Shown: positions 1-12,289, counted from the first letter of the stretch. The stretch: 64,000 nucleotides of DNA from Gemmatimonadales bacterium (GCA_037189525.1 JBBCJC010000002.1:1184001-1248000); one strand, 5' to 3'. Translations and numbers: made by a program. Notes: generated by a model from the sequence alone, not told the origin.

Positions 1-1721
1 CCGCCGGCGGTCCACCCGGTCGTCGCGTTGACGGCGACGGTGCGGGCGCTGCCCGTCTGGTTGTACGACAAGCTCACCAGCCGCTGGTAGGGCTCCGGAA
101 CCGTGAAGGTTGCCTCCAACCGCCGATAGGGCGCCGCGAGGGTAGTGACTATCGGGCGCGCGAGCGCCGGCGGGAGCGCCACAGTGCGGTCGGCCAAGAC
201 CCGGAACGACTGCTGAATCAACCGGCTACCCGTGTAGCCCGTCGGTACGGTGCCCGCGCCGGCGAGTTCGCTGACGGTGAGCTGGTGGAAGTCGCTTGCC
301 CGCTGGAGCGACGCCGGGAACCCTCGCGCGGTCATGGTGGTGGTCGTCGGCGCGGCAGACTGGTACAGTGCCCCGATGTGGCAAGCGGCGCCGGTGTAGT
401 ACGACATGGTATGGCTGAGGCCCGTTTCCGACTGTTGGCCGGTGACGGTGATCGCGGCAGTCGCCGGCGTGAACGAATCCGGTCCCTCGAAGTCGACTAC
501 ACCCACCGAGCCGTTGTTCGGGATGTCCTGGTCCCGTTTGATGAAGCCGCGGTCAGGATTCCCGGGCGTACCCAGGATCTCCGCGAGCGAGTTGTGCCGC
601 CAGCCGGTGAGATCGGCGCTCCCCTCTTTGACCTGTGTGATCGAGAACGTGGTGTTGGGATGGGAGGCGTTGCCCGCGCCCCCGCCGAGCCAGATCTGGG
701 CGAAGTCGTTGGTACCCATCCCGGCCACCGTGCCCAATACGACCTTGGTCTGCCCGAGCGTGCCGCAGAAAAAGCTATCGGCATGTGTCAGCTCGGTCCG
801 CGACATGTACTGCACGATGAACGTCGTCCCCAGCGGGAACGCGATGCCGCCCCGATCGGCCGAGACGGTGAAGCGGTAGACGTTGTTGGTCGGCGTCACC
901 ACGCTCCACGGTCCGGTGCCGTTCTGGACCGCAAACCAGGTGGGACGGAGCGGGCAGGTGGACAGATCGAGGACGACCTCGTTGCTGCCGCTCCCGCCGG
1001 CCGTGATGGACACCTGGACGGTGGTGGTCCGCTCCGGTAGCCCCGCAGCGGTGCCGCGGATGGTGAGCGTGTGGGTCCCGACAGCCAGGCCGGCCGCGGC
1101 GGTCAGCGTGAGTGTGCTGCTGGCGCCCGTGGTGCTGGCCGGCGCGAACGCCGTCGTGAGCCCGCTTGGTGCGCCGGTTACCGCGAGCGCCACGGATCCG
1201 CTGAAGCCGCCGGTCCGCGTGATGGAGACACTGGTGGTCCCGGCCGCGCCCTGCGCAACGGTGACCTGAGCCGGCGCCGCCGCGAGGGTGTAGCTCCCGG
1301 TGACGGCGGCCTGCACCGTCAACGCGAACGAGGCCGTCGCGGTGCTGACCCCGCTGCCGGCTGCGCGAACGGTCAGGTTGTACGTACCTGGCGTCGTCGT
1401 ATTCGCCACGCTGATCGTCACGGTGGCGGTCGTGCTGGTGCCGGACGTCGACGGGGTGCCGACCGTGCCGCTGACGCCAGCCGGCGCGCCGTCGACGGTA
1501 AACGTGACGGCGCCGGTGTATCCGCCGCTCCGCGCCAATGTGGCGGTCACGTCATGGGTGCCGCCCGCCGTGACGGTGGCGCTGGTCCCGCTCAAGGTGA
1601 GGGCGATGGCCGGATTGGGGCCGGGGCCGGTGCCTCCGTCGTCGCCCGAACTGCATGCGGCCAACCCGGCCAAGGCGATCAGGCTCGCAGCTCGACCGAG
1701 CCGGTTCGTGATGAGATGCAT
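1..1721 (-). CDS. Large secreted lipoprotein with two tandem Ig-like/beta-sandwich repeats (3' end runs off the window)
   Basis: Hand translation from ATG 1721: MHLITNRLGRAASLIALAGLAAC-SSGDDGG (lipobox LAAC). Two Thr/Gly-rich repeats follow (RSGGYTGAVTFTVDGAPAG..GTYNLTVRAAG and RTGGFSGSVALAVTGAPSG..GTHTLTIRGTA). RBS GGGAGA upstream. No stop before base 1, so it is absent from the ORF track. Confidence 0.8.
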   Translation of the reverse strand, partial: MHLITNRLGRAASLIALAGLAACSSGDDGGTGPGPNPAIALTLSGTSATVTAGGTHDVTATLARSGGYTGAVTFTVDGAPAGVSGTVGTPSTSGTSTTATVTISVANTTTPGTYNLTVRAAGSGVSTATASFALTVQAAVTGSYTLAAAPAQVTVAQGAAGTTSVSITRTGGFSGSVALAVTGAPSGLTTAFAPASTTGASSTLTLTAAAGLAVGTHTLTIRGTAAGLPERTTTVQVSITAGGSGSNEVVLDLSTCPLRPTWFAVQNGTGPWSVVTPTNNVYRFTVSADRGGIAFPLGTTFIVQYMSRTELTHADSFFCGTLGQTKVVLGTVAGMGTNDFAQIWLGGGAGNASHPNTTFSITQVKEGSADLTGWRHNSLAEILGTPGNPDRGFIKRDQDIPNNGSVGVVDFEGPDSFTPATAAITVTGQQSETGLSHTMSYYTGAACHIGALYQSAAPTTTTMTARGFPASLQRASDFHQLTVSELAGAGTVPTGYTGSRLIQQSFRVLADRTVALPPALARPIVTTLAAPYRRLEATFTVPEPYQRLVSLSYNQTGSARTVAVNATTGWTAG

Positions 1722-1936
1722 TGGAGTTCTCCCTGCGAAAATGAAGAGCTGTACCGGAGCGGGGCCGAGGCCCACGTCCGGTCTTGCCGGTCGTTACGGA
1801 AAAGGGAGGCGATAACCGTCAGATTGGGTCGAGGCTCGGGGTGGGTCGGCTGCCAGAACGGCGAATCGCAATACGAGGCACCTCATTGCGTAAAACCGGT
1901 TATGGAGGGGCTCCGATCGGGGATATCCTGGGGGGC

Positions 1937-2647
1937 ATGTCACCCAAAGAACGTCTTGCGATTGCCTCGCTGCTGGTGGTTGCCGTACTGGGCCATGCTT
2001 TACGGGCCGTGGCCCTTGGTCCGGCCGAGGCTCCGGGCGGGCTCGAGCTCCTGGCCGGGGGCGCCCCCGCCGATCCGGCTGGGCATCGGGCGGCCTCGGC
2101 CCGTCTGGGCCGGCCTCTCGCGGCGGACGAACGGATCGACCTCAACCAGGCCCCGGTGGCCGAACTGACCCGGTTGCCCAAGGTCGGACCCGGACTGGCC
2201 CGGCGGATCGTCAGGGAACGGGACAGCCTGGGAGGGTTTGGGTCGCTAGCCGAGGTGGATGCGGTCTCGGGGGTGGGACCCGCTCTGCTCCAGGCAATCG
2301 GCCCCCATGTTACCCTGGGCGACACCCTCCGGGTGCAGGCGCGGCGGCCGCGATCGCGCGGGGTCTCGGTTCCGCCTCCGGCGCCACTTCCGCCGTTGAT
2401 CGTGGCCAGCCCGGAAGGTCCGTCCCGGAGCGGACCCAAGTCCGCATCGGGGCCGCCGGTCCGGCTCAACTCGGCGAGCCAGGCGGAGTTGGAGCGTCTG
2501 CCTGGAATCGGCCCGAGTCGTGCAAAAGCCATTGTGGCATATCGCCAAAGGCACGGGCCATTCGCGTCGGTTGCGGACCTGGCCCGGGTACCAGGAATTA
2601 CCCGGCGGCTGGTAACTCTATTGGCGCCTCAAGTTGCGGTCCCGTGA
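1937..2647 (+). CDS. comEA: ComEA-family DNA-binding/uptake protein with two helix-hairpin-helix modules
   Basis: N-terminal TM segment; IDLNQAPVAELTRLPKVGPGLARRIV and VRLNSASQAELERLPGIGPSRAKAIVAYRQRHGPFASVADLARVPGI HhH motifs. Confidence 0.85.
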   Translation: MSPKERLAIASLLVVAVLGHALRAVALGPAEAPGGLELLAGGAPADPAGHRAASARLGRPLAADERIDLNQAPVAELTRLPKVGPGLARRIVRERDSLGGFGSLAEVDAVSGVGPALLQAIGPHVTLGDTLRVQARRPRSRGVSVPPPAPLPPLIVASPEGPSRSGPKSASGPPVRLNSASQAELERLPGIGPSRAKAIVAYRQRHGPFASVADLARVPGITRRLVTLLAPQVAVP

Positions 2648-2766
2648 TCCGATAGCTCGACTGGCACCAGATTCGTAGTAGGTAGCTGCCTGACCCCTGG
2701 TCGGTCGATGCAAAATCTTGCACTTTGAACGAATCCCTGGGCGGGAAAGAGGTTCACGAAGGCACG

Positions 2767-4499
<1,733 letters not shown>

Positions 4500-4503
<4 letters not shown>

Positions 4504-5690
4504 GCGAGAACGATCTACGGGTGCACGAAGGCGCGGCGGGGGCTCCGGCTGGGCAGAACCGTCTCAATCTCCGGTCGCTGCTCCAGGAGATGATCGACAA
4601 GGACGCCTCCGACCTCCACATCACCGCCGGCGAGCGGCCCAAGCTGCGGATCGACGGCGACATCGGCGACTGTTCGGTCGATCATGTCCTGACCCCGAAG
4701 GACACCATTCAGCTGGCCTACTCGGTTCTGACCGAGTCGCAGAAGAAGCGGTTCGAACTCGACGACGAGCTCGATTTCTCGTTCGGGATCCAGAATCTGG
4801 CGCGGTTCCGCGGCAACGTCTTCAAGCAGCGCGGGTGCGTGGCCATGGTGCTCCGGATGATTCCCTTCAGCGTCCGGACCTTCGACGAACTCGGCCTGCC
4901 CCCGGTCATGGCCCGTCTCTCCGAGCGGCCGCGCGGGTTGATCCTGGTGACCGGCCCGACCGGCTCCGGTAAATCGACCACGCTTGCCGCGATGGTCGAC
5001 AAGATCAACAAGGATCGGAAAGGCCACATCATCACGGTCGAAGATCCGATCGAGTTCATCCATCGCCATCAGAGCTGCATCGTCAACCAGCGCGAGGTGG
5101 GCACCGATACCAAGTCCTTCTCGGCGGCCCTCAAATACGCCTTGCGAGAGGACCCGGACGTGATTCTGGTCGGCGAAATGCGCGACCTGGAAACGGTCGC
5201 GGCCGCGCTGACGATTGCGGAAACTGGCCACCTCGTGCTGGCCACTTTGCACACCAACTCGGCGGCGGAGTCGATCAACCGTATCATCGACGTCTTCCCG
5301 CACAACCAGCAGTCGCAGATCCGGGCCCAGCTGGCGTTCGTGCTGGAGGGGGTCGTGACCCAGACGCTGCTGCAGCGGGCTCGGGGACGCGGACGCGTCA
5401 TGGCGTGCGAGATCATGGTGGCCACGCCGGCGATCCGGGCGCTGATCCGCGACGACAAAATCCATCAGATCTATTCGGCGCTGCAGTCCGGCAAGAAGCA
5501 CGGAATGCAGACCATGACCGATTCTCTGTATCAGCTGTACATGACGCGAGAAGTCATCAAGGAAGAGTGCCTTCGGGTCGCGCAGGAGCCCAACGAGTTC
5601 CTGCGCATGATCGGCGAGAAGCCCATGGACGAACAGGCCATTGCCGAACTGCCCAAGGAAAAGAGCGACCGCGTGCTGGCTCGGCGATAG
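4500..5690 (+). CDS. pilT: Type IV pilus retraction ATPase PilT
   Basis: ASDLH, GPTGSGKSTT, LREDPD, TGHLVLATLHT, AIRALIRD (AIRNLIRE-like); overlaps the pilB stop. Confidence 0.95.
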
Positions 5691-5708
5691 CGAGGCAAGG
5701 ACCAAGAT

Positions 5709-6917
5709 ATGGCCGTATTCGAGTATACCGCGAAGAACACGACGAGCGGGCAGATCATGAAGGGTACCCTCGACGTCCCGTCCAAGGACGACGTCATGGC
5801 GTACCTCAAGAAGAATCGACTGCTGCTGGTGACGGTTCGCGAACAGCCCAAACAGTATTCCTTCAAGATGCCGGGTGCCAATCGGGTCACCACCCGCGAC
5901 CTCGTCATCTTCACGCGTCAGTTTGCCACCATGATCAACGCGGGTCTGCCCCTGGTGCAGTCCCTCAACATCCTGGCGCAGCAAACGGAGAACAAGACGC
6001 TCAAGGACATCGTCAAGCAGGTCGTCTTCGACGTCGAGGCCGGTAATACGCTGGCCGATGCCTTCCGGAAGCATCCCAAGGCATTCCCCGATCTCTACGT
6101 CAACATGGTGGCCGCGGGCGAGGCGGGCGGTATTCTCGATACCATCCTGCTCCGGCTGGCGACCTTCCTCGAGAAGAACGACGCCCTGATCCGCAAGGTC
6201 AAAGGCGCGATGGTCTATCCGGCCGTAATCATTTCGGTGGCCGTGATTGCCATCGCAGTCTTGCTGATCTTCGTGATCCCGACCTTCGAGTCCATGTTCG
6301 CGTCGGTGGCGATGGAACTGCCGTTGCCCACCCGGATCGTGATCGGGCTCTCGAACGGCTTGATCCAATGGTGGTGGCTCATGCTAGGCGGTATTGCGGC
6401 GGCTGTCTTCCTCTTCCGGCAGTACTATTTGACATCGAACGGGCGGCGTACCGTCGATGGCGCATTGCTGCGCGCCCCGGTCGTCGGCGACCTGCTCCGC
6501 AAGTCGGCGGTGTCCCGGTTCACCCGCACGCTCGGCACCCTGATCTCCTCCGGTGTCTCGATTCTCGATGGTCTCGAAATCACGGCCAAGACGGCGGGCA
6601 ACCGCGTCATTCACGATGCCGTGATGCAGTCCCGCGCCTCGATCGCCGGCGGTGATACCATTGCCGGGCCGCTCCAGGCGTCCAACGTCTTCCCGCCGAT
6701 GGTGATCTCGATGATCGCGGTCGGTGAGCAGACGGGTGGCCTCGACGACATGTTGTCCAAGATCGCCGACTTCTATGACGCCGAGGTGGACGTGGCGGTG
6801 AGCGCGCTGCTCTCGCTCATGGAGCCGATCATGATCGTGGTGCTCGGCGTGATCGTCGGCGGCATGGTGGTGGCGATGTACCTGCCGATCTTCGACATGG
6901 TCAACGCCGTCCAGTAA
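5709..6917 (+). CDS. pilC: Type IV pilus platform protein PilC (T2SS F family)
   Basis: FTRQFATMINAGLPL, AGEAGG, KVKGAMVYP, C-terminal AMYLPIF. Confidence 0.95.
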   Translation: MAVFEYTAKNTTSGQIMKGTLDVPSKDDVMAYLKKNRLLLVTVREQPKQYSFKMPGANRVTTRDLVIFTRQFATMINAGLPLVQSLNILAQQTENKTLKDIVKQVVFDVEAGNTLADAFRKHPKAFPDLYVNMVAAGEAGGILDTILLRLATFLEKNDALIRKVKGAMVYPAVIISVAVIAIAVLLIFVIPTFESMFASVAMELPLPTRIVIGLSNGLIQWWWLMLGGIAAAVFLFRQYYLTSNGRRTVDGALLRAPVVGDLLRKSAVSRFTRTLGTLISSGVSILDGLEITAKTAGNRVIHDAVMQSRASIAGGDTIAGPLQASNVFPPMVISMIAVGEQTGGLDDMLSKIADFYDAEVDVAVSALLSLMEPIMIVVLGVIVGGMVVAMYLPIFDMVNAVQ

Positions 6918-6940
6918 CCCCATCGGAGCAGGGCAAGGAG

Positions 6941-6980
6941 AGCGCGGCGGTCCGTTTCGGCGGGCCGCCGCGCTTGGTTT
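6941..6980 (+). terminator. Intrinsic terminator after pilC
   Basis: Stem AGCGCGGCGGTCCG / CGGGCCGCCGCGCT followed by TGGTTT. Confidence 0.7.
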
Positions 6981-7032
6981 GGGGGGGGGCGGCGCTACCC
7001 CTTGTGCTTTTATGGGAGCGTGTCATCTTCCT

Positions 7033-7049
7033 CCCTAAGGCAATTAGGG
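7033..7049. promoter_or_regulatory. Putative PadR operator
   Basis: Dyad CCCTAA-ggcaa-TTAGGG overlapping the padR RBS. Confidence 0.5.
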
Positions 7050-7055
7050 GAAAGC

Positions 7056-7400
7056 ATGGCCGGTCTCGATCTGCTGCAAGGCACCCTGGATATCCTGATC
7101 CTGCGTACGTTGTCGTGGGGACGTCCGCTCCACGGGTATGCGATTTCCACCTGGATCAAGGAGCAGACCGACGAGGCCCTCCTCGTCGAAGAGGGCGCGC
7201 TGTATCCGGCGCTCCACCGCCTCGAGAAGCGAGGCTTGCTCGATTCGGAATGGGGCCTCTCGGAAAACAACCGGCGCGCCAAATACTATCGGCTGACGGC
7301 CAAGGGCCGCCGTGAGCTGCGATCGGCCACCGCGGAATGGGACCGCTACGTCGAGGCCGTCGCCAAAGTGTTGCGGCCCGCCGAGCGGCCGGCCCGCTGA
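7056..7400 (+). CDS. PadR-family transcriptional regulator (acidobacterial, ADOP-associated type)
   Basis: LLQGTLDILIL, HGYAI, EEGALYPALHRLE, SENNRRAKYY; TGATG-coupled to the permease. Confidence 0.92.
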   Translation: MAGLDLLQGTLDILILRTLSWGRPLHGYAISTWIKEQTDEALLVEEGALYPALHRLEKRGLLDSEWGLSENNRRAKYYRLTAKGRRELRSATAEWDRYVEAVAKVLRPAERPAR

Positions 7401-10117
7401 TGCGCAAGATCTTCCGCCTGGCGGGCCGGGAACCGCAGGTCGACGACGAGATCCGGGACGAACTCGAAAGCCATCTCGCTTTCAAGATCGATGCGCTGAT
7501 ACAGTCGGGGATGTCGCGCGAAGATGCCGAGTCCGAAGCGCGGCGCCAGCTCGGATCGATGACCGATGCAATGCGGCAAACCAAGGCCCAAGCCGTTGCG
7601 CATCGTCGGCGCCGGCGGGTCGGGGAGTGGTGGGCCTCGTGGGTCCTCGATCTTCGGCTCGTGCTTCGCTCGCTCCGGCGGGCGCCGGGCTATACCGCAG
7701 CGGCGTCGGCCATCCTGGCGCTCGGGATCGGGGCCACCTTGGCCGTCGTCGCCATTGCCGATCGGCTGCTGTTCACCCCGCTACCGTTTTCCGCTGCCGA
7801 TCGCGTCGTGGTGATGTTCGAGGGGCATCAGACGGGTGGCGGACTTCGTTTGCCGTCCTACCCCACCGTGCAGGACTGGGAGGCGCAGGCCACCGATTTC
7901 GAACGGATTGCCTACGTCCCCGGCACCCAGATGATCTGGCGGCGCCCCGAGGCGGCGGAGGCGATCCTGGTCGCCTTTCCGACTGCGGGATTCTTCGAGG
8001 CGTTGGGCACGCCGCCGCTGCTCGGCCGGGTCCTGACACGGGAAGATGACACCGGCGGGTCACGCGTTGCGGTGATCGGGTACGACTTCTGGCGTCGCTA
8101 CTTCGGGAGCGACCGGAGCGTCATCGGAACCACCCTCACGCTGGCCGAGGGCCCTGTCACCGTGGTCGGCGTGATGCCGCCGGGATTTCAGCTGCCGTAC
8201 TGGGCGCAGATATATCTGCCGTTCCGGACCCTCCCGGCTGCGGACCAGGCGGTGGTGGCGTACCGGGACAATCACGCCGACGGGTTGGTGGTAGGCCGGA
8301 TGGCCCCGGGCGCCACGCTTCCCCAGGCGCAGGCATCGCTGGGGATCGTTGCGCAGCGTCTGGCGGAAGCGTATCCGGTCGAACAGGAGGGCTGGACTCG
8401 GGCAACCCTCATTCCGATTCGGGATTTCCTCTACGATCCGGTGTCCTACACCAGACGCGGCGTGCCCAATCCGGTGCGAACCGTGCTGCTGTTCGGGAGT
8501 GGCGTTGCGCTGGTTCTGTTGATTGCCTGTGCCAACGTCGCGGGGCTCGCGATGGTACGGGCGCAGGCGGTCGAACGGGAACTGGCGGTACGGGCCGCGC
8601 TCGGCGCCAGGCGGGGCTCGCTGATCCGGCTCCGTCTGCTCGAAAGCGGGGTCGTGGCGCTATTCGGTGCGGTACTTGGGCTTCTGCTGGCCGGCGTCCT
8701 GCTGCGTGTGCTCCAGCGGGCGGCGCCCGATCTGCTGCCTCGGCTGGAGGAAGTGCAGATCGAGCCGAGGCTCGCATTGGCGGCGGTGGCGCTGGCGGCG
8801 GCTGCGGCGCTGCTCAGCGGTCTCATTCCCGCCCTCCGTGCCACCCGCGGACCGGTTGCGGATCTGGTCAAGGTCGGTCGCAGCAGCTCGGCGGGCCGGC
8901 AGACTCGTGCGCAGCAGGCGTTGGTCGTGGCGCAGGTCGGGCTCGCGGTGACGCTGCTGGTGGGCGCGGCGGTCCTGACCCGAAGCCTGATTCGCGTGGC
9001 CAACGCGCCGATCGGCTTCGAACCGGACGGACTGATTGGACTCAACGTCCAGCCGGACCTGGCCCGTTATCGGACCCCCGAAGCGACGCTCGAACTGTAC
9101 CGGCGGGTGCTGGATGAGGTGCAGCGGACGCCGGGAGTCGCCGCAGCGGCGCTGGTGAATCATGCGCCGATCTCGCGAGCCGGCATCGCGACGCGGCTGG
9201 TGGTCGAGGGTCATGCGGAGCAACCGGGTGCGCCGGCCCCGCAGGCGGCGTTTCGCCTGGTCTCGCCCGAGTACTTCGAGACCATGAGGATTCCGATCCT
9301 CCGCGGGCGCGGCTTTACGGAGGCCGACCTCGCCGGGCCCAACGACGGCCTGATCATCAACGCCGCGCTGGCTCGACGGCATTTCCAGGGCGCGGACCCG
9401 TTGGGGCGGCGGATCACGGTCTTCCGCGCGGCGCGCTGGCTGCCTGACGTGGGTACCCCGATCAGCGGTGTCGTCGTCGGCGTGGTGGGAGACGTTCGCC
9501 ACTTCGGTGCCGAGGCCGATCCGTCGGAGGAGGTCTATCTCCCGTATACCTGGAACCCCTGGGCGTTTACCGGGGTTGTAGTGCGCACGACCGGCGCGCC
9601 GGATGCCCTGGTCGAGCCGCTCTGGCGCGCGGTGGCGGCCATCGACCCCGATCTGCCTCGAGCGAGCGGGGGTCAGCCCAACGTGGCGACGTTCGCGCAA
9701 CGGCTGGTGACCGATCGGGCTCCGCGGAATGCGATGACGGTCGCGGCCATCGGGGTGGCCGCGACGGCGTTCGTGCTGGCGATCGTCGGGTTGTACGGAG
9801 TCGTGGCCTACGCGGTCGGGCTCCGGCGCCGTGAAATCGGGGTGCGGAGTGCCCTCGGCGCCGATACCGGAATGGTACTCGGCCTGATCATGCGTGAAGG
9901 GATCGGGCTTGCCCTGGTCGGAGCCGGGCTCGGCGTGGTCGGCGGGTGGTTCGCTGCCACGCTCCTCGAGAATCTGGTCTATGGTGTCGGCGTCCGGGAC
10001 CCGGTGGCGTTCGTGCTCGCGCCGCTCATCCTCCTCGTCGTGGCCGCGTTTGCAACCTATGGCCCCGCGCGACGGGCCGCTCGCCTCGATCCGGTCGAAG
10101 TGCTCAAAGGCGACTAG
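7400..10117 (+). CDS. ADOP-type duplicated MacB/FtsX-like ABC permease with N-terminal prefix domain
   Basis: Prefix DDEIRDELESHL..GMSREDAESEARRQLG, DLRLVLRSL, LALGIGA, two RELAVRAALGA/REIGVRSALGA repeats, PARRAARLDP end. Confidence 0.9.
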   Translation: MRKIFRLAGREPQVDDEIRDELESHLAFKIDALIQSGMSREDAESEARRQLGSMTDAMRQTKAQAVAHRRRRRVGEWWASWVLDLRLVLRSLRRAPGYTAAASAILALGIGATLAVVAIADRLLFTPLPFSAADRVVVMFEGHQTGGGLRLPSYPTVQDWEAQATDFERIAYVPGTQMIWRRPEAAEAILVAFPTAGFFEALGTPPLLGRVLTREDDTGGSRVAVIGYDFWRRYFGSDRSVIGTTLTLAEGPVTVVGVMPPGFQLPYWAQIYLPFRTLPAADQAVVAYRDNHADGLVVGRMAPGATLPQAQASLGIVAQRLAEAYPVEQEGWTRATLIPIRDFLYDPVSYTRRGVPNPVRTVLLFGSGVALVLLIACANVAGLAMVRAQAVERELAVRAALGARRGSLIRLRLLESGVVALFGAVLGLLLAGVLLRVLQRAAPDLLPRLEEVQIEPRLALAAVALAAAAALLSGLIPALRATRGPVADLVKVGRSSSAGRQTRAQQALVVAQVGLAVTLLVGAAVLTRSLIRVANAPIGFEPDGLIGLNVQPDLARYRTPEATLELYRRVLDEVQRTPGVAAAALVNHAPISRAGIATRLVVEGHAEQPGAPAPQAAFRLVSPEYFETMRIPILRGRGFTEADLAGPNDGLIINAALARRHFQGADPLGRRITVFRAARWLPDVGTPISGVVVGVVGDVRHFGAEADPSEEVYLPYTWNPWAFTGVVVRTTGAPDALVEPLWRAVAAIDPDLPRASGGQPNVATFAQRLVTDRAPRNAMTVAAIGVAATAFVLAIVGLYGVVAYAVGLRRREIGVRSALGADTGMVLGLIMREGIGLALVGAGLGVVGGWFAATLLENLVYGVGVRDPVAFVLAPLILLVVAAFATYGPARRAARLDPVEVLKGD

Positions 10118-10196
10118 CCGCCCAACTCGCCGTCGAGCTTTCCGGACCGGTGGAGCAACGACTGCGGCATCTCAATCGTAGTATTTAGATGGGGTC

Positions 10197-10236
10197 AAAA
10201 ACGGCCCGTTCGGAAGTTCGAACGGGCCGATCGTTT
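10197..10236. terminator. Bidirectional-looking intrinsic terminator
   Basis: Perfect 11-bp stem CGGCCCGTTCG/CGAACGGGCCG with an A-run before and a T-containing tail after. Confidence 0.6.
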
Positions 10237-10402
10237 GATCAGCGGGTAATTTGGTCACAATCCTGGCGACAAATCTGTATCCCTTGCGGTCCTTTCTCCG
10301 TAGGGGTTCGAGGTTTCATATCCCGCCGTCCTGTCGAAGGTGGTAGGATTCCACCACTCTCGATCAACCAAGCAGGCGGCGTCCACTCCACGAGGCGGCG
10401 GC

Positions 10403-11701
10403 ATGACCGGATTTCTGCAGCGGTTTTTCAACGTCCGTCGGGGCGAAGTCGCGCCCATTCTGGCGGCAGCCTTCTATTTCTTCTGCGTGCTGACGGCGCT
10501 GATGCTGTTGCGCCCGGCGCGCGATGCACTCGGCATGCAGCGCGGCATGGACGCGATCCGCTGGCTCTTCATCGGGACGGCGGTGGTCACCTTCTTTGTG
10601 ACGCCGGCGTTCGGCTTCTTGGTCAGCCGGTTCCGCCGCCTGGTCTTCGTCGGACTCACCTACGGCTTCTTTGCGTTGAGCCTGGTGGCGTTCTATCTGC
10701 TCATCACGCTGACCCCGCAAGCCGTCGGCGAGCGCTCGGGCCAGGTCTTCTACGTCTGGTTCAGCGTCTTCAATCTGTTTGCGACGATGGTGTTCTGGGC
10801 GCTGATGGCCGATCGCTTCTCGCTCGAGCAGAGCAAGCGAATCTTCGGTGTAATCGCGGTCGGCGGTACGCTCGGGGCCATCTTCGGTCCCTGGCTCGCG
10901 AGCGTGCTGGCCAAGCCGCTCGGCACGCCGGCATTGTTGCTCGTTTCGGCCGGGTTCCTGATTCTGGCGATCGTGGCCGCGGGCATCGTGGCGCGTCTCA
11001 AGCCTGAGGCGGCGCCGGGTGAACGCTCGGCGCCGGCGGTGGAAGAGCAGGCGGTCATCGGCGGCAAGGCGTGGGAGGGCGTGCGGGCCGTCTTCCGCTC
11101 GAAGTATCTGCTCGGTATTTCCGCGTTCGTCCTGCTGATGACGATCCTGGGCACCTTCATCTATGTGACCCGGCTCCAGATGGTCGCGGCAATGGGGACG
11201 GATCTGGATACCCGGACGGGGTTGTTCGCGCAGCTCGACCTGCTCACCCAGGTGACCACGCTGGTGCTTCAGGCGGTCGTCGCTGGCCATCTGATGAAGC
11301 GGCTGGGCGTGGCCGCGGCGCTCGCGCTTCTCCCGTTTGTCGTTGCGTTAGGCTTCATCGGGCTGGCCATCGTGGGCTCGCTCGCGGCCATCGCGATCTT
11401 CGACGCCATCTTCAAGGCGCTCCAGCGGGCCGTTGCCCGTCCCGGCCGTGAGACCCTGTTCACGGTGGTGACGCGCGAGGAGAAGTACAAGTCGAAGGCC
11501 TTCACCGACACCTTCGTCTACCGCGGCGGCGACGTGATCGGCGCCTGGACCGAGAGCTTCCTCGGCAAGCTGGGCATGGGGCTGGCCGGTCTGGCGTCGG
11601 TGGCGGTGCCGCTGGCGCTGGTGTGGGGCGGTCTGGCGCTCTGGCTCGGGCGTCGGCAGGGTCAGCTGGCCGGCGAGCGGTCCGACTCGGTCGGAGTGTA
11701 G
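10403..11701 (+). CDS. MFS transporter, NTT/ATP:ADP antiporter (AAA)-like
   Basis: YFFCVL..LRPARDALG, FYVWFSVFNLF, RPGRETLFTVV, KYKSK.F.DT.VYRGGD; about 12 TM segments. Confidence 0.8.
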   Translation: MTGFLQRFFNVRRGEVAPILAAAFYFFCVLTALMLLRPARDALGMQRGMDAIRWLFIGTAVVTFFVTPAFGFLVSRFRRLVFVGLTYGFFALSLVAFYLLITLTPQAVGERSGQVFYVWFSVFNLFATMVFWALMADRFSLEQSKRIFGVIAVGGTLGAIFGPWLASVLAKPLGTPALLLVSAGFLILAIVAAGIVARLKPEAAPGERSAPAVEEQAVIGGKAWEGVRAVFRSKYLLGISAFVLLMTILGTFIYVTRLQMVAAMGTDLDTRTGLFAQLDLLTQVTTLVLQAVVAGHLMKRLGVAAALALLPFVVALGFIGLAIVGSLAAIAIFDAIFKALQRAVARPGRETLFTVVTREEKYKSKAFTDTFVYRGGDVIGAWTESFLGKLGMGLAGLASVAVPLALVWGGLALWLGRRQGQLAGERSDSVGV

Positions 11702-11740
11702 GTCCTTTCCGGGCTTCTGGGGTTCGGGTACAATGATGGG

Positions 11741-12289
11741 ATGGCCACCTCATCCGATCCTGTCCCGAACCCCGCGTTCGGTCCGATTGCCGCCGGGGCC
11801 GACATCGGCCACGTCCATCTCAAAGTTGCCGATCTGGACCGGGCACTCGGCTTCTATGTCGAGGTGCTCGGCTTCGAGCTGACCCAGCGCTACGGCAGCC
11901 AGGCAGCCTTCGTTTCCGCGGGCGGTTACCATCATCATATCGGTCTCAATACCTGGGAAAGCCGAGGCGGGTCGCCGCCGGCTGCGGGTACGACCGGGTT
12001 GTTTCATGTCGCGATTCGGTACCCGACGCGCGCGGCGCTGGCCGATGCGCTGCGGCGTCTCGTCGCGGCGCACATCCCGCTTGACGGCGCGAGTGATCAC
12101 GGCGTGAGTGAGGCGCTCTACCTCAGGGATCCCGATCAGAACGGGATCGAGTTGTACTGGGACCGGCCGCGGGAGGCATGGCCGCGCGGTCCGGACGGGG
12201 CGTTAGGCATGGTGACGCTGCCGCTCGACCTGGGCGACCTCCTGGCGGAACCAGCGCCGGCCGTTCCCGACGCGTCAAGGAAAGGGTAA
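11741..12289 (+). CDS. VOC/glyoxalase family protein (CatE-like)
   Basis: IGHVHLKVADL, GGYHHHIGLNTW, GLFHVAI, DHGVSEALYLRDPDQNGIELY. Confidence 0.88.
   Translation: MATSSDPVPNPAFGPIAAGADIGHVHLKVADLDRALGFYVEVLGFELTQRYGSQAAFVSAGGYHHHIGLNTWESRGGSPPAAGTTGLFHVAIRYPTRAALADALRRLVAAHIPLDGASDHGVSEALYLRDPDQNGIELYWDRPREAWPRGPDGALGMVTLPLDLGDLLAEPAPAVPDASRKG

Noticed and set aside
2661..2725. Possible sigma54 promoter TGGCAC-N-TTCGT and the dyad TGCAA-aatc-TTGCA before pilB
   Set aside because: The -12 element reads GT rather than GC, and a single short dyad is not enough support.
10230..10402. Possible small minus-strand ORF or sRNA ending at the 10202-10229 hairpin
   Set aside because: No convincing RBS, promoter or recognisable motif; the hairpin is adequately explained as a terminator.
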